The notes under the pieces were generated by a model. It had not been told where the DNA came from. It ran no database searches and worked only from the letters and a program-made list of their open reading frames with translations. Positions 20,583 to 28,357 of a DNA stretch of 64,000 nucleotides are shown here, piece by piece; within the stretch, counting starts at the first letter, position 1, and each line of letters starts with the position of its first letter. The DNA is taken from NCBI GenBank assembly GCA_964516925.1, contig CAZEXL010000006.1, positions 1,854 through 65,853 of the forward strand, given 5' to 3'. Origin of the DNA: an uncultured Lachnospiraceae bacterium (GTDB taxonomy: Bacteria > Bacillota > Clostridia > Christensenellales > Pumilibacteraceae). The translations under genes and the position numbers were made by a program.

Positions 20583-22488
20583 GATAAATGTTTTAGATAG
20601 TTCTATTTTTAATTTAATTTCTGCGGGAGAGGTTGTAGACAAGCCGATGTCGGTAGTGAAGGAGCTTGTCGAAAATTCTATAGATGCAGGTGCTACCAAT
20701 ATAGAAATAGAAGTTAAAAACGGCGGAATCGATTACATACGAGTTACCGATAACGGATGCGGTATTGAAAAAAGCGAAATTCGTAAGGCGTTTATGCCGC
20801 ACGCAACGAGCAAAATAAGTTGCGTTGAAGATTTGAATTCTATCCTTACTTTAGGTTTTAGAGGCGAAGCTTTGGCTAGTATTGCTGCCGTTGCAAACGT
20901 AACGCTTACCTCTAAAGTAAAAAATGCGGAATTAGGCAACGTCGTGCGTTACGAGAGCGGAACTCTAGTGTCTGAACATGAGGTAGGTGCGCCTGAAGGA
21001 ACTTCGATTGTAGTTGAAAATATTTTTGAAAAAATACCTGCACGTCAAAAGTATCTTAGGTCTCCGTCTAGTGAAGAAGCTGACATAGCTAATTTAGTTA
21101 CTAGATTGATATTATCTAATCCTAATATATCTTTTAAATGCACTTTGGGAACAAAAAAAATTCTGTCTACCGGCGAGGGCGAAAAAAGCGCTTTGATTGC
21201 GGTGTATGGCAATAAAATACTTTCGGACATGGCGGAAGTTTCTCTAAATATGCCAGACATAACCATAAGAGGTTTTATAGGAAAGCCATCGTATAGTAAG
21301 CATAGTCGGAATTATCAAACTCTTATAGTAAACGGTAGATACGTTAAGAACGATGAAATATCTTATATGATGTTTTTGTGCTACAAGGATTATTTAATGT
21401 CGAGGCAATATCCTACGTTTGTTCTTTATATAGACGTTCCCGCCGACATGGTTGACGTAAACGTGCATCCGAGCAAAATGGAGGTCAAATTTGTTCAGAT
21501 AGAAAGAATAAAAAAAGAAATTAAACGGCTTGTTTCTGATAAATTAAACGAACTGTCGCGAGCGCCTAAAGAAGTCACTCGTTTTGAAAGTGATGATTCA
21601 AAATTTTTTGTTGATGTCGGCGCTGTTAAGCAAACGAATGAATCGAAAATTAATATGTTTAACAAGAGCGAAAATCCCCCGGAAGTTGTGCAGTTCGATT
21701 TTTCGCTATCGGGGATAAAAAGCGTTTTAAACGAGTCTCCAAGTCGTTTATTGGATTATGAAACAGAAATAATTAATAGTGATTTACATAATGTTGCGGA
21801 TAAAAAAGAACTTGATTGCGATTTCAACGACAATGCTATCGATTCTTTACGGAGTAATAACAAAAAAGGCTTTTTAAGCGACGAAAACGATGAAGAAAGC
21901 GTAAGTGATTTTTTGGGAGAGTCCGAGGTTTTGACTGTCGGAACTTTGTTTTCGACGTATATAATTGTTGAGCAAGGCGAAAATTGTTATCTCATAGATC
22001 AACATGCTGCGCACGAACGCATTCTTTACGATAAATTTGTAAATAGCTTAAATAACGGAACGTTGGTGGTTCAAAAATTGCTTGTTCCGTATACGTTTGA
22101 TTTGTCCTATGACGAGAGCAAACTTTTGTCGGATAATCTTGCACTATTTAAGTCGTGTGGATTTGAAATTGAAAGTTGTGGAAATGACAATTTTGCTATA
22201 CATACCGTTCCGTCTGAAGTAGCGAATATGAGTTTTTCAAAATTCTTGCCTATGTTTTTCGATGCGATTAAGTTAAATGATTTAAACAAGTCGTTGCTTA
22301 TAAAGGACGTTCTTGCGCAAACTGCGTGTAAAGCCGCCGTTAAGGGGGATAGATTATTATCTATGGGCGAAATTAAGCATCTAATTTCCGGGGTAGACAC
22401 GTTAAACGCATTACTTTGCCCGCACGGCAGGCCTATCGTGGTTAAACTAACAAAACTTGAGGTTGATAAATGGTTCAAGCGGAAATAG
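20575..22488 (+). CDS. mutL: DNA mismatch repair protein MutL
   Basis: GHKL ATPase motifs (VVKELVENSIDAGA, DNGCGI, GFRGEALASI). The C-terminal endonuclease region carries DQHAAHERI. Confidence 0.95.
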   Translation: MAKINVLDSSIFNLISAGEVVDKPMSVVKELVENSIDAGATNIEIEVKNGGIDYIRVTDNGCGIEKSEIRKAFMPHATSKISCVEDLNSILTLGFRGEALASIAAVANVTLTSKVKNAELGNVVRYESGTLVSEHEVGAPEGTSIVVENIFEKIPARQKYLRSPSSEEADIANLVTRLILSNPNISFKCTLGTKKILSTGEGEKSALIAVYGNKILSDMAEVSLNMPDITIRGFIGKPSYSKHSRNYQTLIVNGRYVKNDEISYMMFLCYKDYLMSRQYPTFVLYIDVPADMVDVNVHPSKMEVKFVQIERIKKEIKRLVSDKLNELSRAPKEVTRFESDDSKFFVDVGAVKQTNESKINMFNKSENPPEVVQFDFSLSGIKSVLNESPSRLLDYETEIINSDLHNVADKKELDCDFNDNAIDSLRSNNKKGFLSDENDEESVSDFLGESEVLTVGTLFSTYIIVEQGENCYLIDQHAAHERILYDKFVNSLNNGTLVVQKLLVPYTFDLSYDESKLLSDNLALFKSCGFEIESCGNDNFAIHTVPSEVANMSFSKFLPMFFDAIKLNDLNKSLLIKDVLAQTACKAAVKGDRLLSMGEIKHLISGVDTLNALLCPHGRPIVVKLTKLEVDKWFKRK

Positions 22489-23387
22489 CAAAATTGCTAG
22501 TAATAACGGGACCGACAGCAGTTGGAAAATCTGAGTTGGCGGTTGATGCCGCTATAAAATATAACGGCGAAGTGATAAGTGCCGATTCTATGCAAATATA
22601 TAAGGGAATGGATATCGGGACGGGAAAAATTACTTCGACCGAAATGCGCGGAATAGATCATTATATGCTCGACGTGGTTACTCCAGAAGAAGAATATTCG
22701 GTTGGCAGATACGTAATAGAAGCAAAAAATGCGATTAATGGCGTGCTCAAAAAGGGAAAATTACCGATTTTGTGTGGAGGGACCGGATTATATATTAATT
22801 CATTGCTGTGCAATCACAGTTTTGCCGGAGCGCCTAAAAACGAAGTTGTGCGAGAAGAGCTAAAAAATTTTGTCGCACAAAACGGTGGCAATGCTTTATA
22901 TGAAGAATTATCTCGTGTTGATCCGATATCCGCAACGCAAATTAATCGTAACGACGTTAAACGTATTATCAGGGCGATGGAAATCTTTCGTATTACGGGT
23001 AAGCCGCGCGGAGAGTTTAAGGACGAAAGTAAATCGGATTTTGATTATACTCTTTTTGTTGTGTATGGCGAAAAAGAAAAATTGTATGATAGGATTAACA
23101 ATAGAGTAGATAAAATGATAAAAGGTGGGTTGGTTGATGAAGTTAAGGGGCTTTATCAATATAAAGATTGTAATTCGATGCAAGCGATAGGATATAAAGA
23201 AATTGTTTCATACTTAGATGGGAATATTTCGCTTAACGATGCCGTTGAACTTGTTAAACAAAGTAGCAGAAGATATGCTAAAAGACAAATGACGTTTTTC
23301 CGCGGCATGAAATCAAAAAAAAGTTTCGTGAATGTGTCCGAAAATGTGCTTAAAGTAATTGACGAAACTTTTAAAAACATCGATTAA
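22470..23387 (+). CDS. miaA: tRNA dimethylallyltransferase MiaA
   Basis: P-loop ITGPTAVGKS, then SADSMQIYKGMDIGT. Confidence 0.9.
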   Translation: MVQAEIAKLLVITGPTAVGKSELAVDAAIKYNGEVISADSMQIYKGMDIGTGKITSTEMRGIDHYMLDVVTPEEEYSVGRYVIEAKNAINGVLKKGKLPILCGGTGLYINSLLCNHSFAGAPKNEVVREELKNFVAQNGGNALYEELSRVDPISATQINRNDVKRIIRAMEIFRITGKPRGEFKDESKSDFDYTLFVVYGEKEKLYDRINNRVDKMIKGGLVDEVKGLYQYKDCNSMQAIGYKEIVSYLDGNISLNDAVELVKQSSRRYAKRQMTFFRGMKSKKSFVNVSENVLKVIDETFKNID

Positions 23388-23420
23388 TTTTTTATTAGTT
23401 AAAATGAGGGTTAGGGTAAA

Positions 23421-24638
23421 ATGAATATAGATTTGCTTATAAAAGACGTTCAAAATGAGTTGAAAGATAGTTTTGAATATTACGATAACGTTGCTTTGTT
23501 TAATCAAGAGAAAGTGTTAAATGCATTTCGTAAAAACAACGTTGCGTTAAGACATTTTAACGGTACGAGCGGGTATGGATATGACGATATTGGCAGAGAT
23601 ACGCTTAATAAGGTTTTTGCCGACGTGTTTGGAGCCGAAGCTGCTATCGTATCGCATAGTCTTGCTAACGGGACACACGCTATTGCTACGGCGCTTTATG
23701 GATTGTTGCGGCCGGGTCAAACGCTTTTATCTATAAGCGGTATGCCATACGATACGTTGGAAGAGGTTATACTTGGCAAAAACAATGGTTCGTTAAAAGA
23801 TTTGGGTGTTAATTTTAAAAAAGTTGACCTTACTTCGGACGGAAAGTTTGATTACGATTCTATAGCTGAGGCAATTAAAGATTGTGATCCGTCTGTTGTT
23901 TTTATTCAACGCAGTCGTGGATACAGTTGGCGTGATGCATTTTTGATTGACGACATACAAAAAGTGGTTTCATTTGTTAAGCAATGTTCTGCGGCGTCGA
24001 TAATCGTTGATAATTGTTATGGCGAGTTTACCGATACTCGAGAGCCTTTGGACGTCGGTGCGGATGTGATAATGGGATCGCTTATAAAAAACCCCGGCGG
24101 CGGAATTGCGCCGACGGGAGGATATATTGCCGGGAAAAAAGATTTGATAGAACAAATCTCGTTTCGTTTGACCGTACCCGGGATAGGTTTGGAAGTCGGA
24201 TCTTACGAGAGCGGGTATCGACTGTTTTATCAAGGACTTTTTATGGCGCCGCACGTGACTAAACAAGCTGTAAAGTCTGCTTTAACGTTTGCTGCGACAT
24301 TTAAAAAGCTTGGGTACGAAACGTTGCCTAAATTCGGCGGCAAGTGTGGGGATATAATCTGTTCGGTAAAATTTAAAACTGCAGAACAGCTAATTGCGTT
24401 CGTGCAATCCGTTCAATACGCATCTCCTATAGATAGTTTTGTAACGCCTTACCCGTGGGATATGCCGGGCTATTCGCATCAGGTTATAATGGCGGCAGGA
24501 ACTTTTGTGCAAGGTTCGTCTATTGAACTAAGTGCAGATTCTCCGATAAGAGAGCCGTATATTGCGTATATTCAAGGCGGCTTAACGTATGAGCATGCTT
24601 TGATTGCGCTAAAAGAATGTTTGAACAATCTTATATAA
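23421..24638 (+). CDS. aluminium-resistance / YnbB family PLP-dependent (Cys/Met metabolism) enzyme
   Basis: FNGTSGYGYDDIGRDTL and GSLIKNPGGGIAPTGGY match the YnbB-type family as I remember it. Confidence 0.7.
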   Translation: MNIDLLIKDVQNELKDSFEYYDNVALFNQEKVLNAFRKNNVALRHFNGTSGYGYDDIGRDTLNKVFADVFGAEAAIVSHSLANGTHAIATALYGLLRPGQTLLSISGMPYDTLEEVILGKNNGSLKDLGVNFKKVDLTSDGKFDYDSIAEAIKDCDPSVVFIQRSRGYSWRDAFLIDDIQKVVSFVKQCSAASIIVDNCYGEFTDTREPLDVGADVIMGSLIKNPGGGIAPTGGYIAGKKDLIEQISFRLTVPGIGLEVGSYESGYRLFYQGLFMAPHVTKQAVKSALTFAATFKKLGYETLPKFGGKCGDIICSVKFKTAEQLIAFVQSVQYASPIDSFVTPYPWDMPGYSHQVIMAAGTFVQGSSIELSADSPIREPYIAYIQGGLTYEHALIALKECLNNLI

Positions 24639-24652
24639 ACTTAATTATTATT

Positions 24653-24985
24653 TTAATCGAAATATAATTCAAGATATTTTATAACGTATGCAATGAATAC
24701 TTTGTTTGACGGGCAATAGGAGTCGATGACTTCTATGCCCATTTTTTTATTAAGAACGAACAGTTTATCGTTATTATACGCAGAGTGAATTACGTTACGC
24801 ACTGTGGTGTCTATTGAAATGGCGTTACAGTTGTGCGCTTTTGCGACGATTGCATACGCATTTGTTATTTTCATCGTCGGGTTGTTTCGCATTAGAATAA
24901 TAAGTTCTTCTAAGTGGCAAAAGCCTTTCCTGTTTGGGGTAATGCCTAATTCCATTAAAAAGTTTTCAATCGTTGAGTTTTTCAT
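24653..24985 (-). CDS. stand-alone Spo0A C-terminal (DNA-binding effector) domain protein, no receiver domain
   Basis: 110 aa. The pattern LGITPNRKGFCHLEELI...ITNAYAIVAKAH...TVRNVIHSAY...PSNKVFIAYV parallels the Spo0A C-domain (IGVPAHIKGYLYLREAI...ITKVLYPDIAKKF...RVERAIRHAIEVAW...PTNSEFIAMV). Confidence 0.65.
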   Translation of the reverse strand: MKNSTIENFLMELGITPNRKGFCHLEELIILMRNNPTMKITNAYAIVAKAHNCNAISIDTTVRNVIHSAYNNDKLFVLNKKMGIEVIDSYCPSNKVFIAYVIKYLELYFD

Positions 24986-25015
24986 AAGAGTCTCCTTTGT
25001 TTATTTAATAAATTA

Positions 25016-25044
25016 ATTATACTATAAAATTAAAGCAAAGGCAA
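25016..25044 (-). promoter_or_regulatory. sigma-A type promoter for the Spo0A_C-like gene
   Basis: On the minus strand: TTGCCT (25044-25039), 17-nt spacer, TATAAT (25021-25016). Confidence 0.5.
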
Positions 25045-25197
25045 GTGTTTTGTATGGTTTTTTTGAATAAAAATAAATAAATTTATATATCATAGGTTTG
25101 TAAAACAATTTTTGACTATTAAATTTAGCGTTTGAACTATATTTTGACTTTTGCATATTGTAATTTAAATTAATTTCTGCGAATTTTTTTTAATACG

Positions 25198-25356
25198 TTA
25201 GACGTAGAAGTTTGAATTATTGTTCTTACTGTACGCTTCGGATCCCAGACGTTCACTGTCGGTGCTTCGATCTAACTTAATAGCTAAGCCGATTACTGCC
25301 GCTACCAAGAAGATCCCGACAATCAACGTGATTATCCATTTTACTTTATTTTTCAT
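25198..25356 (-). CDS. small membrane peptide (52 aa), below the ORF-track size cut-off
   Basis: Hand translation gives MKNKVKWIITLIVGIFLVAAVIGLAIKLDRSTDSERLGSEAYSKNNNSNFYV. It has one TM helix and a polar tail. An AAGGAAAA SD-like stretch lies upstream. It starts 33 nt after the stop of the 107-aa ORF on the same strand. Confidence 0.45.
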   Translation of the reverse strand: MKNKVKWIITLIVGIFLVAAVIGLAIKLDRSTDSERLGSEAYSKNNNSNFYV

Positions 25357-25389
25357 ACTTGTTTTTCCTTTTCCCTTTTGCCATGGGAG

Positions 25390-25713
25390 CTAGCAATTTT
25401 TACTTTTGTTTTTTGTATCTTCGTAAATAGACTTTTCAACAAGATAGCATGTGGTTTTTCCTTTGTTGTGTTTATCATCCCAAAACGCTAAAATGCGGTT
25501 TTTGCATGTTTTAGGAATGTCTGTGCTATCCCGCACAAAAGTGCGAGGCTTGTCCCGAGCTTTATTTGCCGGTTTACATATGTACGGCACGTCTTTACTT
25601 ACAGCGCCGTATACACCGTTACGAAGTTTGCCGTCTTTATATGCCGCATCATTCGATACAGCATAAAGCCCGGCAAGATTTTTATCTTTTCTATTTCGTT
25701 TAACGTCTTTCAC
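25390..25713 (-). CDS. hypothetical Lys-rich, 4-Cys protein (107 aa, GTG start)
   Basis: The SD AAGGAGA (25727-25721) lies 7 nt before the GTG at 25713. There is no other in-frame Met. I recognise no family. Confidence 0.55.
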   Translation of the reverse strand: MKDVKRNRKDKNLAGLYAVSNDAAYKDGKLRNGVYGAVSKDVPYICKPANKARDKPRTFVRDSTDIPKTCKNRILAFWDDKHNKGKTTCYLVEKSIYEDTKNKSKNC

Positions 25714-25727
25714 TTGACAATCTCCTT

Positions 25728-25900
25728 AAATAATGTTATTCTTTTGCTGCGCTGGTAGGTAAAAAACCTAAAGTTGCGGACGACGTCGTGCAACCGAGCA
25801 GAGTAGCAAAAACGCTGAAATTCTTCACCTTGAGTGATATGGGCTGTGAGGCTCTGCATCTAACCGTTCCAAATAGGGGAGCAATTAAGTTCCCCAAAAA
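25728..25900 (-). promoter_or_regulatory. structured 5' leader with terminator-like hairpin (candidate attenuator, unclassified)
   Basis: On the minus-strand RNA, a GCAGAG (25857-25852) / CUCUGC (25803-25798) helix encloses 48 nt. A GC-rich hairpin GUUGCACGACGUCGUCCGCAAC (25794-25773) follows 3 nt later, then UUUAGGUUUUUU, about 30 nt before the SD. Confidence 0.35.
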
Positions 25901-25959
25901 AACTACTTAACAATTTAGAAAGAAAATTAATAAAATTATCAAAAACGAGCCGTTTTTTA

Positions 25960-25988
25960 TTGACTGTTTTTTTAAAATTGTGTATACT
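25960..25988 (+). promoter_or_regulatory. sigma-A type promoter for tRNA-Trp
   Basis: TTGACT (25960-25965), 17-nt spacer, TATACT (25983-25988). The tRNA starts at 26000. Confidence 0.6.
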
Positions 25989-25999
25989 ACGTAAGGTGT

Positions 26000-26074
26000 A
26001 GGGGAGTGGCTCAACGGTAGAGTAGCGGTCTCCAAAACCGTAGGTTGCGTGTTCGAATCGCGTCTCCCCTGCCA
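26000..26074 (+). tRNA. trnW: tRNA-Trp (anticodon CCA), CCA end encoded
   Basis: Hand-folded cloverleaf. Acceptor AGGGGAG/CTCCCCT, D arm GCTC..GAGT, anticodon stem GCGGT/ACCGT with loop CTCCAAA, T arm GCGTG-TTCGAAT-CGCGT, discriminator G, then CCA. Confidence 0.9.
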
Positions 26075-26116
26075 AAAAGGATGGATGTGCTAAGGTTGCA
26101 TTATTCGTCCTTTTTC
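26075..26116 (+). terminator. probable intrinsic terminator after tRNA-Trp
   Basis: AAAAGGATG (26075-26083) pairs with CGTCCTTTT (26106-26114) with one G-U pair and a 22-nt loop, followed by a T-run. Confidence 0.4.
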
Positions 26117-26196
26117 CTTTAAGTGGCTACATGGCGTTGACAACGAAACATTATTTTGCTATTATACGGTTATATGTTCAGGACGGAAGAAAATTT

Positions 26197-26637
26197 ATGA
26201 AAGAAGTAATTATTTATACCGACGGTGCTTGTAGCGGGAATCCAGGCGCCGGTGGTTATTGTGCGATATTATCTTATAATGGGCAACAAAAAACAATTAG
26301 CGGTTTTGAACCCGAAACAACAAACAATAGAATGGAACTAATTGCTATAATCAAAGGTTTGCAGGCATTAAAAGAAAAATGTTTTGTGCGTATTTTTAGT
26401 GATTCCAGCTATTGTATTAATGCATTCGAGCAAGGTTGGATATACGGATGGATGAAAAACGATTGGAAAACGGCAGATAAAAAAGACGTAAAAAATATTG
26501 AATTGTGGCAAGAACTTATATCGCTTACTAGGTATCATAAGGTGAAATTTAATAAAGTTAAGGGGCACGCGGACAATGAAATGAATAATTTGTGTGATAA
26601 GATTGCCAGAAAGGAAATAGAAATAAACAGAAAGTGA
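26197..26637 (+). CDS. rnhA: ribonuclease HI
   Basis: MKEVIIYTDGACSGNPGAGGY, NNRMEL and VKGHADNEMNNLCDKIA are RNase H1 catalytic motifs. I place the start at ATG 26197 (SD-like ggacggaag upstream) rather than the track start 26131. Confidence 0.9.
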   Translation: MKEVIIYTDGACSGNPGAGGYCAILSYNGQQKTISGFEPETTNNRMELIAIIKGLQALKEKCFVRIFSDSSYCINAFEQGWIYGWMKNDWKTADKKDVKNIELWQELISLTRYHKVKFNKVKGHADNEMNNLCDKIARKEIEINRK

Positions 26638-26674
26638 TAATATAAATTTATTTTTCGCTACATAAAATAATATC

Positions 26675-27526
26675 ATGAATATAAAAAAGATTTTACTTTA
26701 TAAGCTTATATTGTCATTGCTGTGTGTTGCTATGATAGTATTGTCTTGTGTGTTTTTACAAACTTTAAATCGTGCATTAAAGGTTGTTATTATCGTTTTT
26801 TTTACTTTAGGCGTTTTTATATTCTGTTTTATAAAAAACAAAACTATATTTCGCATAGCGACAGTTTTTGTCATTTTTTTTGCCGTTGTGATTGTTTTAT
26901 ACATTATTGTCGAGCAAACCGGGTTATTAAAATACTTTGAGGATTTTGATGCTATTCGTGATTTTATTTTGCAAACGAAACAATGGGGAGTAATAGTATT
27001 TTTGTTGCTTACTATTTTTCAAGTCGTATTTTTGCCAATCCCGGCTGCCGTAACAATTTTAATAGGCGTTGTGATTTACGGTCCGTTAGTTTCGTTTATT
27101 TTGTCACTTGTGGGGACGTATATTGGTTCGGTAATATGCTTCTGGCTAGGTGAAAATTTCGGAAGTAAGCTAGTAGCTTGGATGATCGGCAAAGAAAATT
27201 TTGAAAAATATGCAAAAATGCTTAATGAAAAGGGAAAATGGGTGTTTGTTCTTATGTTGGTCTTTCCGTTTTTCCCTGACGATACCTTATGTCTTGTTGC
27301 GGGAGCAACGACAATGACGTGGAAGTTTTTTTTAATTTCGATGATTTTAAGTCGTCCGATCGGAATAGCGTTTACTAGTTTTTTTGGGAGTGGAGAAATT
27401 ATTCCGTATTCGGGCTGGGGAATCCCGGTTTGGATAGGCATTTTTGCTCTGTGTATCGTTTTGTTGTTGCTATCTTCAAAAATAAAAAACAAACTGCTTG
27501 GAGATAAAACGGATAAAAATAAATAA
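26675..27526 (+). CDS. TVP38/TMEM64 (DedA superfamily) membrane protein
   Basis: Multi-TM protein with VFLPIPAAVTILIGVVIYG and FPFFPDDTLCLVAG, characteristic of SNARE-associated/DedA-like proteins. Confidence 0.75.
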   Translation: MNIKKILLYKLILSLLCVAMIVLSCVFLQTLNRALKVVIIVFFTLGVFIFCFIKNKTIFRIATVFVIFFAVVIVLYIIVEQTGLLKYFEDFDAIRDFILQTKQWGVIVFLLLTIFQVVFLPIPAAVTILIGVVIYGPLVSFILSLVGTYIGSVICFWLGENFGSKLVAWMIGKENFEKYAKMLNEKGKWVFVLMLVFPFFPDDTLCLVAGATTMTWKFFLISMILSRPIGIAFTSFFGSGEIIPYSGWGIPVWIGIFALCIVLLLLSSKIKNKLLGDKTDKNK

Positions 27527-27604
27527 TTTATCACTGATAAGTATTGTTTACTTATATCTGTAAAAAATTTTTTAACTATTTTTGTAAAATTATGCAAAAA
27601 TGTG

Positions 27605-27633
27605 TTGACAATAACAAGTATATATTATACAAT
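27605..27633 (+). promoter_or_regulatory. sigma-A type promoter for the pilin-like gene
   Basis: TTGACA (27605-27610), 17-nt spacer, TACAAT (27628-27633). Confidence 0.6.
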
Positions 27634-27714
27634 AGAGCTATATTTTCAACGCTGATAGGCATTTGTTTTGTTAGCGTTAGAATAAAAAATTTATCTAAGG
27701 AGAGCTTGAAGCTT

Positions 27715-28167
27715 ATGAAGAAAAGTAAACAGAAAGGGTTTACGTTAGTTGAACTCGTTATTGTTATCGCAGTTATCGCAATTTTATCTGCAGTACTCAT
27801 TCCTACACTTTCAAATGTTGTGGAAGATGCACATAAAAGCGCGGCGGAGCAGGAAGCGGTTAATTTGCGTACTCAAATTTTAGTTTCTACCGGAGAGAGT
27901 TTTGATGCTTATTGCCAACAGTCGGTAGCTAAAGAAAACTATATTAGTACTGTAGTTTCGTCAAATGTTTTAACTATTTGTGAATATAAAATCGAGTTAA
28001 AAACAGTTGCCGAAGGCGCTCAAAATTTTTCGATAGGAAAGGATGCCGGTGATGTTTGGACTATCGCATATATTACCGATACGAATTATTTGGTAACTAT
28101 AACAGATAGTTCCGTATCTGCGATAAAAGACGGAAGCTTGCCGAGTTTAACTATAAGCTCGACGTAA
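27715..28167 (+). CDS. type IV pilin-like protein (prepilin-type N-terminal cleavage/methylation domain)
   Basis: MKKSKQKG|FTLVELVIVIAVIAILSAVLIP is the class III signal (G-1, F+1, E+5). The SD aaggagag is at 27698-27705. The start is set at ATG 27715, not the track start 27544. Confidence 0.85.
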   Translation: MKKSKQKGFTLVELVIVIAVIAILSAVLIPTLSNVVEDAHKSAAEQEAVNLRTQILVSTGESFDAYCQQSVAKENYISTVVSSNVLTICEYKIELKTVAEGAQNFSIGKDAGDVWTIAYITDTNYLVTITDSSVSAIKDGSLPSLTISST

Positions 28168-28184
28168 GAAGTTTGCTTTTAACA

Positions 28185-28220
28185 AATAACCGCAGGTCGA
28201 TACTTGCGGTTATTTTATTT
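28185..28220 (+). terminator. intrinsic terminator after the pilin-like gene
   Basis: A 12-bp stem, AATAACCGCAGG (28185-28196) with CTTGCGGTTATT (28203-28214), followed by a T-run. Confidence 0.75.
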
Positions 28221-28250
28221 TGTCAAAAAGAACGAATTGTAATTTTACTC

Positions 28251-28279
28251 TTGACTTATGTTGCGGCATTTGTTATAAT
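28251..28279 (+). promoter_or_regulatory. sigma-A type promoter for lon
   Basis: TTGACT (28251-28256), 17-nt spacer, TATAAT (28274-28279). Confidence 0.65.
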
Positions 28280-28357
28280 CAATGTACCGCAAATTTGCGA
28301 ACAAAGTATATCGGTTAAAAAATATTATAAATTAACTTATAAACTAAAAAGGACATT

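Noticed and set aside
23388-23420. Absence of hfq after miaA (mutS-mutL-miaA-hfq is common in Firmicutes)
   Set aside because: Only 33 bp separate miaA from the next gene, so hfq is not here. Absence from one window says nothing about the rest of the genome, so this is not reportable as a finding.
25720-25900. Possible 6S RNA or other known housekeeping ncRNA in the long gap beside tRNA-Trp
   Set aside because: The region does not fold into the long, interrupted single hairpin with a central bubble expected for 6S RNA. It is better explained as a 5' leader of the 107-aa gene.
25860-26075. 71-aa minus-strand ORF covering tRNA-Trp and its promoter
   Set aside because: It overlaps a well-folded tRNA gene on the opposite strand and is an artefact.
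26131-26196. Upstream extensions of rnhA (26131), the pilin-like gene (27544), rimM (35052), trmD (35584), the 5-FTHF cyclo-ligase gene (38987), coaD (40093), the flavodoxin-fold gene (48024), thrS (51907) and rplS (61883) in the ORF track
   Set aside because: In each case an internal ATG with a better-placed SD matches the conserved N-terminus of the family. The extensions overlap upstream genes, promoters or leader RNAs.
27076-27597. 173-aa minus-strand ORF
   Set aside because: It is antisense to the TVP38/DedA membrane protein gene, which has clear family motifs.
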